The position numbers and the translations under genes are program-made. DNA of 64,000 nucleotides from Neodothiora populina. Lineage: Eukaryota. This document shows positions 11,891-23,584 of the stretch, one piece after another. Each line of letters begins with the position of its first letter. The stretch's first letter is position 1. The notes under the pieces are model-generated. The model was not told the DNA's origin, did not search any database, and saw only the letters and a list, made by a program, of their open reading frames with translations. Location of the stretch: the NCBI RefSeq assembly GCF_041146345.1, contig NW_027191415.1, forward strand, positions 1 through 64,000, read 5' to 3'.

Positions 11891-12616
11891 AGTGTTTACG
11901 TCCATCGAGAATACGTTGCTCTTGTTCATATTGATGCTGAAGCTTGGCTGTGTTAGGTGAAGCTGTAGAGTTTATGGACCTAGCAGACATCGTGAGATAT
12001 CGTAAAGTGGATTTGCGTGCGAGTCAACATGTATAGGAAACGGAGTGCCAGTATGAACCATATGTGGTGCTCTAGATGGGATCAAGCACACAGACAGCGC
12101 AGGCAGCGTGCGAGCGACATAGACATTGACAGCTATCGCTCCCTCGCATATGTTAGCCTATGTGGAAGTCAGGTAGACAGACAAGAGGTTGTGCAGTTGA
12201 CCTCGCACTGCTCACGAATCCTGGCCAATTATGTCTGTTTCGCTTCTAACAGCCAAATATCGTTAGTCGGGCCAATTGATCTGGCCATACTGAATGCCCG
12301 CAATTTTGAGGTGGATGAATGAGATATGAGGTCATCAGCGTGGCACAAGGTAAGGTACCTGGTACCTCATTACCGCAGCTTAAGGTAACACTAAACCTTA
12401 CCGTACCTTGCATCAATCTTCACCAAATTTGCTTCAAGTAGGTATGTAGAAGTAACATATATGGCTTAACCTTCACTGAAGCCAGCTACATGCATTTGAA
12501 GTATACACGTACTCTAGCAGAAAGTGCATAAGTGTTCAAATTTGATGCAATGGCTGCATAGTGCGTAGCAGGAATATCGGTCGCTAACACCTCATCACAA
12601 GATACAAAAAAAAAGG

Positions 12617-14360
12617 ATGATGATTGATCCTCTTACAGTGCTGCCTGCTGAGATCGTTCTTCGATTCATCGATTTTACCACACCTGCGGACGTTGCATGT
12701 CTGACCAGATTGAACAAAACTTGGCACAGTTTCGTGGACAGCACACATCAAGACCATATCTACTCGTCTCCCACGAAGACTATCTCGCCTCCAAAATGTC
12801 GCGACTTTTCTTTCTTAGGGAAGAGCCAGTGTTTTGCCAGGTATTTTGAAAATGTCGTGGGATGGAAAGAACTCTGTAGAAGACAGACACTACTCAATGC
12901 AAATTGGCGTCAAGAACGCCCTGTCACGCGCGAATCTGTCATCCAGATTGGTGCTACTCCTATATGGCGCTTTCGCCCTGACTTCAAGCGCCGATTCATC
13001 ATCTCAACATCCCAAGCGGGTGGTATAAACGTCACGGACATGGACGATGGAAGGTTATTGTGGTCGCTGGATGTGGACGATGTCCGACCGTACGCACATC
13101 TCGAGTATCAAGATGGTATAGCAACGTGGGACAGATTTGGCAATGCGATCGAGGTATGGAAGGCCGATGATGAGCAGCGAGGCGTCTTTCGACAAACGGC
13201 CGTATTGCAGCACGATTGTGAAACAAGAGGTTTCCAGCATTCTTTCGACAACCTATGTGTGGTGTCATCCGAGGGTCATGGATTCATCTACGATATGACT
13301 CAAACTCCCCCAACCTTACTGAAAAGACCTACAATCGAATCTGACGCAGTCGGACATCTTTATCAGAATCAAGATGTCGTTGTCTATTCAATGGGTGCGA
13401 AAGGGTACCACGCGCATTCCAAAGAGACCGGTGAGCTCTTAGGGGTATTGCAACCCAACACTGGCACCCACATCTACCATATCCGCCATCCTGCCCCGGC
13501 GCCTCCCGCCAGTATCACGACAGCAAGACACGGTGCTACTGACAAAGTTTGCCCACCTGAACATCCTAGCAGGGGACGACTCCTGCCTCTTCGCGTGGAC
13601 CATGGTAGCCATCCGGACATTCCAAGTCCTTATTCACTCGACAATGACGAGTGGGGCGCAGGGATGATCAACGACAATTTCATGGTTGGAGTTTCTCGTG
13701 GCGGCAGAGTCTATATGTGTTCTGACTGGCGTGCTGCTTTGTCCAGTCCCGAACAAGCTGCCGCTACATCTGCCATCATTGAGTGCGAGTCTGATGGCTC
13801 GACATTTGACCTCGGTGGATGGCTTTCCATCAGAAATGACCGGATTATGTTTGAAATAAATGACAGAATCTACATCCTCATGCTGAATCTAGATGGACCT
13901 CTTCCCAGAGCTGGGCGAGAGAGTCTTCCAGTATGGGCCACTTCATCAAGTTCAGCACCACAACTCACCGTCCCTGTCTCATTTATGGCTATATATGACG
14001 ACTGTATCATGACCACTTATACGGTAAGCTCAATAACAAAATAGGAAACCCCGGTCGTTGAGGCTGATGTCTTACCAGACACTGGGCAGGGTCCCCCAAA
14101 ATCCAGAAGCACCGCGCAATGTGCCCGTGGGTATGCATCGACCTCGAGCCTTCCCCACCAAGGCGATCCGCGTGATCAGTCTCGCTCCAGATTTACAAGG
14201 TAATGACCTGCTACTCCAAGATACCGACGATTGGCAGGCAGCATCTGCTGGACGTCCGGAATGTAACACTTCGGACGAGAGGAGTGCGCTACAAGCTGGT
14301 ATTCTTCAATTGGTCTCTTTGCTCGGGAATGACAGTGATGAAGATGACGAGGAAGACTAG
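12617..14360 (+). CDS. F-box domain protein (exons 12617-14023, 14079-14360)
   Basis: N-terminal DPLTVLPAEIVLRFIDF...LTRLNKTW F-box signature, then a probable beta-propeller-like region. The GT-AG intron 14024-14078 joins the ORFs in frame. Confidence 0.85.
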
Positions 14361-16125
14361 AGTGGTAAACAGGATTGTGCTTTGCATCATCTGGAGATTG
14401 CCGAGAATGTACGGGTCAACCGATGCATTACAATCGTACTCTCTTTTGCTCACAAGGGCTGTCGCGTCATGATTACGGTAGACTGCGGTAAGAAGCATAC
14501 CAGCGGTGACACTATATTCTGCGATGAGAATGTAGCATAGCAACGACACTGCAACAATTCATACATGTATTTTGTAGGGTTTCGAAACTGGCACCGCGTC
14601 AGGCTAGCACAATAAAATCAATCAGCAGTTCTCTCCATATCATAACAGCAATGCAACCAAGATCAATCATTTGCGCGCCTTTAGACCCTTGATCTCATTC
14701 ACAGTTGATAGAGGAGAATTTGATGATTTAAGCGATTTGGCAAGGTCGGATAATGTTTTGATCGTGTTCGTGTTCGTGCGTGATGGCGAGAAGCCTTAGC
14801 AATCCTCTCTAAAAGACGTGCACTGCGAAAGAAAAAATACACAGATCTAAGGGCAGTCGCCTTTGGCAGATCCAATATATGCCGGCTCATTCGGATATCA
14901 TGTGCCAGAGTACCGACGAGGATCAGACCTTGTGCGTGAGCAACTCCAGTCGGCCCTGTTGCGCCCGCTATGTCTCGTTGAGTGTGCTTCAAGCTCTATC
15001 ACGCATACATACAACGTGAGCCACAGGAAATCTTTTGAGTAATTTTTCCGATAGATTGACAGTGGGTCGCGCGGAAACGTGAACATTGACACGTTCAAGC
15101 GGAACTAAACTTTTGTGCTGGATATGGTCGCGATTATGGTACAAGTCCCAGACTGACCTCGTGACCTTCACGAACATCCCAGACAACACATCAATACTCT
15201 CCGTATCTTGCCTTGTTCCGCGATTCGACAGGCCAGGTACAGCACAGCGAGCTACACGTGGTCGCGCTGCCATCGAGCCAGCCATGAGACCTGAAGGCGT
15301 CTGTCCCTTTGCCCTATAGTGGTCTAGGGCTGGCGTAAGCAAGATATAAATAGCAAGCGAGGATTCGAGCGTTAGCGCATCTAGAATACGAAGAAGCATT
15401 TTAGTCCATCGTATCTGAACCCAAAATTGTTTTGTTTACCCGTCAATTTGCTTTGCCGTGTGCTGAATATTGCAATTGCTTTTTGGCTTTTTGAGCTGAT
15501 CACAATTCAAGTACATTGAGCAGCATACACACGGCCGATATAGGTCCGCGCTATGCCAGTTTGTATGATCACTCCCGTCAGCTCGAGTGTGTCGAGTCTA
15601 CAACGCTGCTCTGCAGCGAAGTTGAAGCCTCTACCGTGCGATGCGAGACATCTCTCGCTCTAGAAGTGCACTGGCCAATCATTCAGCTGGACATTTTTAG
15701 CAGAGTAAGGAACGGTACTGGCTGCTGTCTTTGGTAAGAACGTGTCAATAACAGTAGCGGCGGCACGGCTCCGGGAGCGATTACGGTCAGTATACAGTAC
15801 TTGTGGTCAGCAATATGTGTGCCCGTTAGGTTCTGCTTCCGCTATACGAGGCAAGGTCTACATCTGTTTGTTAGTACATGCCACTGTGTCTGTGACTTCG
15901 ACTAGACCCTCCGGCCTGGACTGCCCTATACGATGCTTTGATGATCACAACCCACTTGCGATGCAGCCGAATGTTGCTTATAAGCATGGCTGCGAACGTC
16001 TTGGAGAAGTATTGTATCTCATGTTCATCTCTAAGAATAATTCCATCTTTGCTTAGCTCATAGCATATCTTCACACTGCCTACAGAACATCCTGATCATC
16101 TATCTTCAGCTAGACCCTCCGAACC

Positions 16126-17178
16126 ATGCTTTTTTCCACATCTGCGCTGCTCGCGTTGCTCCCTGCAGCCGGGTTCGCTCTGCCCACTCAATTTGATGCA
16201 AAAGTCAAGACGACAGGTTCTACACATATCAAATTCGCCATCAGCCAGGACTTTGCGGACCCTAGCCTGCTCCAAGATGGCTCGCAATGGTATGCATTTG
16301 CATCGAACAACCACAAGACCTTAGGCAACCCTGCAGCCAGTGGTAGCGATCGTCTCATCAATGTCCAAGTTGCAAGGTCGCCAGACTTCAACTCATGGAC
16401 GGTCACAGGCTCCGATGCCCTTCCGGTCGTAGGTGCATGGGCAGACCCCAACGCCGGCAGTCAAGGAGCGGCCGTTTGGGCGCCGTCGGTCATCCAAAAT
16501 GCCAACGGACAGTTCGTGCTTCACTATAGTGCAGCTGTCCGCGGCGACACATCGAAGCACTGCATCGGTGCTGCAACAGCAAACAATCCTGCCGGGCCAT
16601 ATACCCCTCGAGCCACCCCTCTCGCATGTCCGCTGGACCAAGGCGGTGCTATCGACTCTTCTGCTTTCAAGGATGTCGATGGGACGTACTACGTGACGTA
16701 CAAAGTCGACGGAAACTCCATCGGCCACGGTGGTTCTTGCGGCAATACAGTTGCGCCCATCGCCCCCACTCCTATTATGCTCCGAAAACTCGCCAGTGAC
16801 GCTCTTACCCCCGTCGGTGGTCCGATCGAGATGATCGACCGTAGCCAACTCGACGGCCCTCTTGTCGAAGCCCCGTCCTTGGTCAGAACCTCGTCTGGGA
16901 AATACGTTCTCTTCTTCAGCAGCAACTGCTTCGCCAGCTCCAACTACGACGTCACCTATGCTTTCGCGGACCGGATCACCGGTCCGTACGTCAAGCGTGG
17001 TCCCATGCTGATGACTGGCACCGACAACCTCTACTCGCCTGGCGGCGCCGACGTCGCCGCTGATGGAGTGCACGTTGCTTTCCACGCTGGCAACGTCGGT
17101 CCTAACAATGCTAACTGGCGGTCCATGTACACCATGAGCATCACCATCGACGATGTTCGCCAGGTCGTCTCTTCTTGA
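16126..17178 (+). CDS. Secreted glycoside hydrolase family 43 (arabinanase/xylosidase-like)
   Basis: Signal peptide; DFADPS, VWAPSV, HCIGAA, GGAIDSS, LVEAPSL and PGG motifs of the GH43 five-bladed propeller; intronless, 350 aa. Confidence 0.93.
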   Translation: MLFSTSALLALLPAAGFALPTQFDAKVKTTGSTHIKFAISQDFADPSLLQDGSQWYAFASNNHKTLGNPAASGSDRLINVQVARSPDFNSWTVTGSDALPVVGAWADPNAGSQGAAVWAPSVIQNANGQFVLHYSAAVRGDTSKHCIGAATANNPAGPYTPRATPLACPLDQGGAIDSSAFKDVDGTYYVTYKVDGNSIGHGGSCGNTVAPIAPTPIMLRKLASDALTPVGGPIEMIDRSQLDGPLVEAPSLVRTSSGKYVLFFSSNCFASSNYDVTYAFADRITGPYVKRGPMLMTGTDNLYSPGGADVAADGVHVAFHAGNVGPNNANWRSMYTMSITIDDVRQVVSS

Positions 17179-19088
17179 TTTCACATTTGACGAATGTAAC
17201 GCGCTATGAACTCAAAACTTATTCATATCTTTGGAACCGGGGAGTTCTGTCCAGGGGATTTTGTAAGGACATATTTCGAAGCGAAGGCGTTTTGTTGGAA
17301 ATGTACATGTACTGCTCTTTGCACCTATACATATTTGTAAATATAATCACGGTCATACTGAATCTGCTCCTCCACGATCTCAGTTTGGCAGCTTACTACA
17401 ATGCAACAATGCCACGGAAGAAACCTTGTTCATGATTCACGCATCGACGACATCCGGGAATTAGGTTCCTCTGCTTATGTATGCTGAGTAACGAGAAGAG
17501 TCAGACCATATGCCGAAGTCTAGCCTCTCCTGGATCAAATGAATACATGAAGACATAAGGTCATGGATCTGCTTCTTAGTCACTTAACCTCTTCTACTCA
17601 ACGACACCAAACTATCTGGAAAGCAAACAAGGACGTCCCCAACGTTGGACAAGATAAATCGGCAATCGCTGTATGCAGATTTGAAGACGGCTCAAGTATA
17701 GATGAACATAGCTTGGGCAACGAAGAGGTACAGCGAAAGCATAGCCACTTGAAATATAAGGAGTCCACTCATATCAAGTGCGAGGTGCAAGGAGCAGAAT
17801 CCCATGGTATTCTGGTTCGATCCGGTCTTGGGTTGGCCACAAGAACCTCACGCAGGATTTGGTAGCTGTGCATCAATGTATCGCACCAGAGAACGGTCCA
17901 TTTAGATTTAGTATCTTCACTACATCTGGCAGATCTTGTGTACGTGAGAAGTTAAGATCGGGTGGTCAAGCAACAGAGAATCATGTCACTTAAGATTGAC
18001 TTACATTCCGCTCTGGTTTATTGCGCTGGAAACCCTCACTGTGGGCGTGCGCGTAGGTAAGGGTCAATCCATCGACTAAAAAGGATGTCCAGCGCATAGG
18101 AGAAATTCTGCTCCTTTGCGATCTCGGAGACCAGCAATAACGCCATTAGCGGAGTCTCCTGATTCACCTGCACTCACCACGGTAGACAGACCAGACTGTT
18201 GAATTTCATGTAGCTTGATGGGGTTGCTATCGGCCCGTCGAAGCGGTGACAAATGAATGAGCTGGCCGAAGCAGCCCGTCACACAACATGCGTTATCTCG
18301 AGCCACAGAACTAGGCTACTTGTTCGCATTGACGCTTGGTTTTGGCGAAAAGGCGAACTCAGCCTCATGCTTGGCGCATGGTCGAAACCACTGATAAGAT
18401 TCGGCGATCGAACGTGATAAGGTTGCAGCATCGATGTAATAGGGTGTGACCCTGTCTCATCACATGTATTTTGCCACGCAGCTCTGCGAAACAATATACG
18501 CCTTGCCTGACATACTGCGTTGACATGAGAGATTGATGGAGCTCAAGCATGGCTTACACGATCCGCGCAACAGGTTCTTCGCACCGCGCACATGATGACA
18601 TAAGCCATCGAGAAACATGGCGATATCTTGAGAGCAACGAGACGGCAGTCTCAGAAGCAAGTCGATTGGTTTCCAGGTCAGACAGTAGGATGGCACATGA
18701 CTTACTTCATATCTAACATGTTGTTGGGTTGACAGTATAGAGGATTGGAGGGTAAAGGCAGTTGACAATGAAAGCGCGTCAAGATGGTAGTGGAAGGAAA
18801 TTTTTATTGTGCTTATGAATGTGATTGAAGAAGCGACAAAAGAAAATGAAAAGATTGCACGCACGTGGCTCGGAACCAAACGACATCTGTTGGTCGCGCA
18901 GTTGAGGCCCGTCCAGATTTTCGAAATATGGGCAATGGCTGTAAGAAGTCGGCCGATAGAGCCGATGATGGCTGCCATCGTGTGGTCCCAGCCGGCGCAA
19001 ACGCTTCGAATGATCGAGCGCATTGTTAGGAAAGAAATGGGTATCAAGCGTCGCAAGGTAGTGGGTTTCCGTGTTTGATCAACATGGT

Positions 19089-19454
19089 TTAGAAGGGCCA
19101 CCATGATGACTTCTATGTTCATGTTAGCTACGGTAGAATCACCTGACCTAATGAGTCTTATACTCACATTTTGGAATCTTTCCGTAGAGAGAACCCTTCG
19201 TTCAAGTCCTTCTAATTTTCGAAGATTGATTTCGTGGTACTCCTGAAGCATGTTCTTGTGTTCGATCTTCAAGTTTTTGAACTCGTGGTCCAGTTCATGG
19301 TGCCAAGGATATAGGACACCCATCTGGAACCCTAGCGCAGTCGTAGCAACACCAAAATTGATGTATGGGAGCCACATACGAGCAGTTGGACCTGTTCTTG
19401 CACTCAGCCAATGTTTGGATAACACAAATACACGAGCGACTCACCTAAAGGCAT
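19089..19454 (-). CDS. Small (~85 aa) single-TM plus coiled-coil conserved fungal protein (exons 19454-19445, 19391-19168, 19112-19089)
   Basis: Two GTGAGT...AG introns with branch sites give MPLGPTARMWLPYINFGVATTALGFQMGVLYPWHHELDHEFKNLK...RFQNKSSWWPF*. The FQ..VLYPWH motif is familiar from small fungal proteins of unknown function. Confidence 0.82.
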
Positions 19455-19934
19455 GCTTGACAAATAAGACGAAAGAGTGGTTATCTCTGAAGGAAGTGTG
19501 CAACGATAATGAATATTTTCAGGGAGATGGAGAGTAAATGTAAGTTGAGGCTACTATAACAGCCTAGAACCATCGGGAGTCGGTGGCGTGACTGGGCGCA
19601 CGTTCCAGTTTCCGGGTTTTCTGGGCCGAGAACGGCTAGAAGCGGGCACGCGCTTCGGGGTATTCCGCTCGGCCGGTTATATCCAAGACGATATTCCATG
19701 TTCCCTTCCCTTGATGTTCCGACTTAAAATCTTGACGGATGACAACTGCACATGATATTGATTAAATATTGATCATAAAGAGTGCCTCTTATCCTTCGAA
19801 TCACAAGTCACTCGCCAACGCCCATGACGCAAAAAAATCGTTCGAAATATCATGGCTTTCATCTAATCACGATTCCGTGGTTGGAACCAATTGACTTGGC
19901 AAGATCATAGTTAATATTCCTCGAGAGCCAGTGT

Positions 19935-21224
19935 TTACCGCTTGGTCTTCGTTGGCAATCTGAAGAGGCCAGGAAACTGATCATGTCGGCTGATCTGGTT
20001 ACTTAACGAATTCGTGAGCTCCAGATCCTCATAGGTGCGTATCCTTTCCAGGTCATTGTCTCCATGTACAGAGTTGGATCTGGGAGGGTCGAGACTTGGT
20101 TTGGGTGCAAACCACTCGGAGTTGGATCGAGCAGGTCCGTCTGGTCGCATAGAGGCTGTCGGGGTCGTGGGAGTCTTGTCGGGACTTTTATCAGGACTCT
20201 TGCTGGAAAACATGCGGAGCAACTTGGGTCGCAAGGCCATCAAGCCACCTTGTTTCTTGGGCTTGTCGGTATAACGTTCAGGTGAGACTTCTCTCGACGG
20301 AGAGTGCAGGAAAGTCTTCTCAATGGCAGGATTCAGATGATCAGGCCGCGGCGCATAGCCTTTGGTGCCCTTCCACCGATCCATGATGTTATCCAGAGCC
20401 TCCTGAGCGGCATCGCTGTACTCGGGATACTCGGTCTCCGAGGCTTCTTGCATGAGGGACAGCTTCCAAGTATTTCGTGAAATGCGCACGACATCATCCG
20501 AAGGATGCCAACCCATGGCTCTGACATCAAGCTTCATGGATCTGTCCACCTTTGACTGAACATCCATAAGCGAGATAAGATAGTCGATGTTCTCACGGAT
20601 CAGCTTCAGCAGAGCAGGGAACTTGGATTCATCACGGATTGCCCAAGATTGCTTGGGTGGCGCATGAATGCGCTTGGGTATATGTGGAAAAGAAAGAGAA
20701 ACGTCGCGCAAAAGGGTGCGCTTCTCGCGAAAAGCTTCCAGCCTGAAGTCGTCACGATCTGGCTGCGGCTGCTCCGCGTCAGGTTTGATGGGCTTGACGA
20801 AGTGTTCCAGTCCATACAGCTGCAACATCTGAGCTCGAGAGAAATCTCTGATGGGTTCAGCGATACCGTTGAGCGCCATATAGATGATTTGTCTGGTACC
20901 AGCCTCATCCAGTCTGGGATCACGAGCATCGAAATTGACAGGCTTGTCTGGCTCTGGGTTCCAGTTGCCAGGGTGCAAGGGTACTGCTTGGGTAATGCCA
21001 GTGACAGCTGGCGGCGATGTGATCCCCAGAACGCCTCCCCAGATGAGAAGGCGCGATTGCTGAATGCTCAGTTGCGCCAGCAGTAGCTCTTCGCTGTGCG
21101 AACCCTCGTGCGCGGGGTTGATCAGATTGATTGACTCAACACAATTGCTGAACAGGCTCACAAGACCGAGCGCATCGGAGAGCGCGTGGGTCTGCTGCTC
21201 GTTCTGGAGAGGAGGATTCGGCAT
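19935..21224 (-). CDS. HeLo (prion-inhibition and propagation) domain protein
   Basis: N-terminal ALGLVSLFSNCVESINLI...LLAQLSIQQSRLLIWGGVLGI and later WAIRDESKFPALLKLIRENIDYL match the HeLo pattern; disordered C-terminal tail; intronless. Confidence 0.8.
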   Translation of the reverse strand: MPNPPLQNEQQTHALSDALGLVSLFSNCVESINLINPAHEGSHSEELLLAQLSIQQSRLLIWGGVLGITSPPAVTGITQAVPLHPGNWNPEPDKPVNFDARDPRLDEAGTRQIIYMALNGIAEPIRDFSRAQMLQLYGLEHFVKPIKPDAEQPQPDRDDFRLEAFREKRTLLRDVSLSFPHIPKRIHAPPKQSWAIRDESKFPALLKLIRENIDYLISLMDVQSKVDRSMKLDVRAMGWHPSDDVVRISRNTWKLSLMQEASETEYPEYSDAAQEALDNIMDRWKGTKGYAPRPDHLNPAIEKTFLHSPSREVSPERYTDKPKKQGGLMALRPKLLRMFSSKSPDKSPDKTPTTPTASMRPDGPARSNSEWFAPKPSLDPPRSNSVHGDNDLERIRTYEDLELTNSLSNQISRHDQFPGLFRLPTKTKR

Positions 21225-21791
21225 TATTGCGCTGCGCTGCGATGTCACGTATATTGTTGTGCAAGACTCATGCCCCGACTCAGAAGACCGACGTCGTAGA
21301 TCGTCAAATCATAATTTATTACATTCAAGCTCGCAACGCGCATTTTAAGGTTTGCGCTGTCGTGACGTTGATGGCGTTCTAGAACCCTTGTTTTCAAGCA
21401 TTTGCGACCCAACAGAGTCAACAGAACCGACGTGTAACCTGGGATCAAAGGGAAAGCTGAAGCGCGGAGGGCCCTCTAGATTGGAGATCAAGAAAGATAA
21501 GATAACGACCGAAATTGTTCAGATACCATCACACCAGGTCGCCGATGCTCGAGTCGCATTACGAATTGTTCAACTGGGTGGTCTATCGCTCTGTGGCTGT
21601 TGTGTATAATTTGATCAGGTGGCATGCTATGTGGTCTATTTGTATTTCCCCTCTTAATGCTTGAAAACAATGCATCCTCGCTTTTTGGTATAACCTCCTT
21701 GCGCCCAACTCCTCCGATGCAGTGGTGAGTGAGATTGCTGTCACTCTGTACGGGCTCGTATCGTTCCAGACGTGACTGGTCTCTCGCATTC

Positions 21792-23459
21792 TTATGCACC
21801 TTTCCTTGCGAACCTGGCGAGAGCAGGGCCCAGCTCGACATGACCTTGTCGCCCCTTGCTGTTCCTCTTTGCCTGCTCTTTCCTGAGCTCTTGAATACGA
21901 ACCTTTCTCTCGTCGATGATGTTCTTGCTGCCCTTCTTCCTCAGGTACTTCCTCAGACTGCTATTTTTTCCTCTTCCTCTGTTCTTCAACTTGGCGATGG
22001 GATCTTCGGGCGGCGCATCGAGGTCCTTCTCCTTCTGTCGTTGCTCGTGAGAAGCGCGATCCAGGTTACCGATGAAGTCTGGCTCAAGCGAGATCATCTC
22101 TGGCTGCAGCTTGTTGAGCAGGCTCTTGACCTCGGCTTCCTGGCGCTGTTTGGTGTCCTCGTAGGGGTTGACCTCGAGAGCGTCGTAGTTGGGCTCTCCT
22201 GCTCCGGGCACAATGGCGCTGCTGAAGCCTTTATTGTGACTTATTCCGAGAACATCTTCGAAAGGACACCAACGCACCCTCTCGATGCGCTGGCCTTCCC
22301 CACCCCATGCGAGGTAAGGACTCTGAACTTTTTCTTGATCGCTAGCATTCTTCTTGAACAGGTCCTTCCATACCGTGGTCTGGGTGCCCCAGCCTACCGC
22401 GGTGAGGTTGCGATCTGAGATGGCGATGGAGGTGGCGGGCTGACGTAGAAAGTAGTTGTTGACCTCCTTGAACATGCGAATGTCCCAGACGGACATCTTC
22501 ATGTCCTGTCCGCCAGACACCATATATCGGCCCTCGCGATCCATTGCCAACGACCTCACCGGGCCTCTGTGAGCCAGCATCTTGACGAGAGGCTTGGTGT
22601 CGTTTGGAGACCACAGGCTGACGGTTCCGTTCTGGTGACCGACATGGAGCACGGCGTTGTGGGGATTCTGGGCGAAGGCGGTCGGAGAGCCCTGCTTGGT
22701 GGGCATCTGGGCAACGAGACGACCGGTGCTCGTGTCTTGATACTTCAGGTAGCCCGCATTGCCGATGGTGGCAAGGAGGAAGTGGTAGGGGAGGAACTCC
22801 ATGTGGGTGACGTCGATGTGATCTTGGAGATTGTGGATCTCGACACCTTGGGCGTCGTAGATGTAGACGTATTTCTTCTGCGCCACAGCAAAATACTGGT
22901 TGTTGTGCAGCCACTTGGCGTCCCGGACGGTCTCGTTGAGGTTCAGTTCGCAGCCGAGTTTGCCGTCCCTCCAGTCCATGGTGGCGATGTGACCTTTTCG
23001 CCCGGCGAGCAGTAATTCTCTGCCGTTGCGCGTGTAGTCTGCCGTGTAGGGTCCCAGTCCCTCCAGCCTCAACTCGAAGCCCTTCTTCGCCGTCTCGAGG
23101 CCGACCTCGCTCTGTATATCGGCCTGTCGTACTTTGTAGGTTCTCTCCAGCTCTCCCTCGGGCTCCAGGAAGCCTGACGTGTTCTCGAACAGGATCTCCG
23201 AGTCTTTGGCCTTGACGGCGGCATCCTTGTATTTGTTCTCCAGGGCGCGCAGGTTGCCCCGAAGCTTCCTGTCTCTGACGCCGCGTGTCTGGATCCTCTG
23301 ACCACGGCCATATTCCTTTTGTGCAACGAGAGCCCTCCTCTTGACTTCGGCGGCGTCTGGGTCGACTGGTGCAGGCGCGGCTGCGGGTGCGAGAGCGGTG
23401 GGGGTGGTGCGCTGCGTCGGCGGCGCGGCCGTGACTTGGGTCCTCTCTTCGGTAGCCAT
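21792..23459 (-). CDS. UTP7: U3 snoRNA-associated WD40 protein Utp7 (WDR46/BING4)
   Basis: YTRNGRELLLAGRKGH, HMEFLPYHFLL and the BING4CT motif PGAGEPNYDALEVNPYE...EVKSLLNKLQPEMISL. Confidence 0.96.
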   Translation of the reverse strand: MATEERTQVTAAPPTQRTTPTALAPAAAPAPVDPDAAEVKRRALVAQKEYGRGQRIQTRGVRDRKLRGNLRALENKYKDAAVKAKDSEILFENTSGFLEPEGELERTYKVRQADIQSEVGLETAKKGFELRLEGLGPYTADYTRNGRELLLAGRKGHIATMDWRDGKLGCELNLNETVRDAKWLHNNQYFAVAQKKYVYIYDAQGVEIHNLQDHIDVTHMEFLPYHFLLATIGNAGYLKYQDTSTGRLVAQMPTKQGSPTAFAQNPHNAVLHVGHQNGTVSLWSPNDTKPLVKMLAHRGPVRSLAMDREGRYMVSGGQDMKMSVWDIRMFKEVNNYFLRQPATSIAISDRNLTAVGWGTQTTVWKDLFKKNASDQEKVQSPYLAWGGEGQRIERVRWCPFEDVLGISHNKGFSSAIVPGAGEPNYDALEVNPYEDTKQRQEAEVKSLLNKLQPEMISLEPDFIGNLDRASHEQRQKEKDLDAPPEDPIAKLKNRGRGKNSSLRKYLRKKGSKNIIDERKVRIQELRKEQAKRNSKGRQGHVELGPALARFARKGA

Positions 23460-23551
23460 ATTGGAATAGATCTGTGGGTCTTCTTGGACTTATGACTTGC
23501 ACATGGCGACGGTGATTGTTGGTTGTTGCAACAGAGAGAAACCGACGCTCA

Positions 23552-23584
23552 CAAAAGTTCAAAAGTCCAAAAGTCCAAAAGTCC
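23552..23584. repeat. Four tandem CAAAAGTY octamers upstream of UTP7
   Basis: caaaagtt caaaagtc caaaagtc caaaagtc, ~90-125 bp upstream of the UTP7 ATG. Confidence 0.8.

Noticed and set aside
17500..19080. Short ORFs and stop-interrupted protein-like stretches on the + strand
   Set aside because: No recognisable motif or consistent exon chain; may be a pseudogene remnant.
18460..19425. 321-aa ORF on the - strand
   Set aside because: It starts inside intron 1 of the small three-exon gene and reads through intron 2; the rest has no recognisable protein character.
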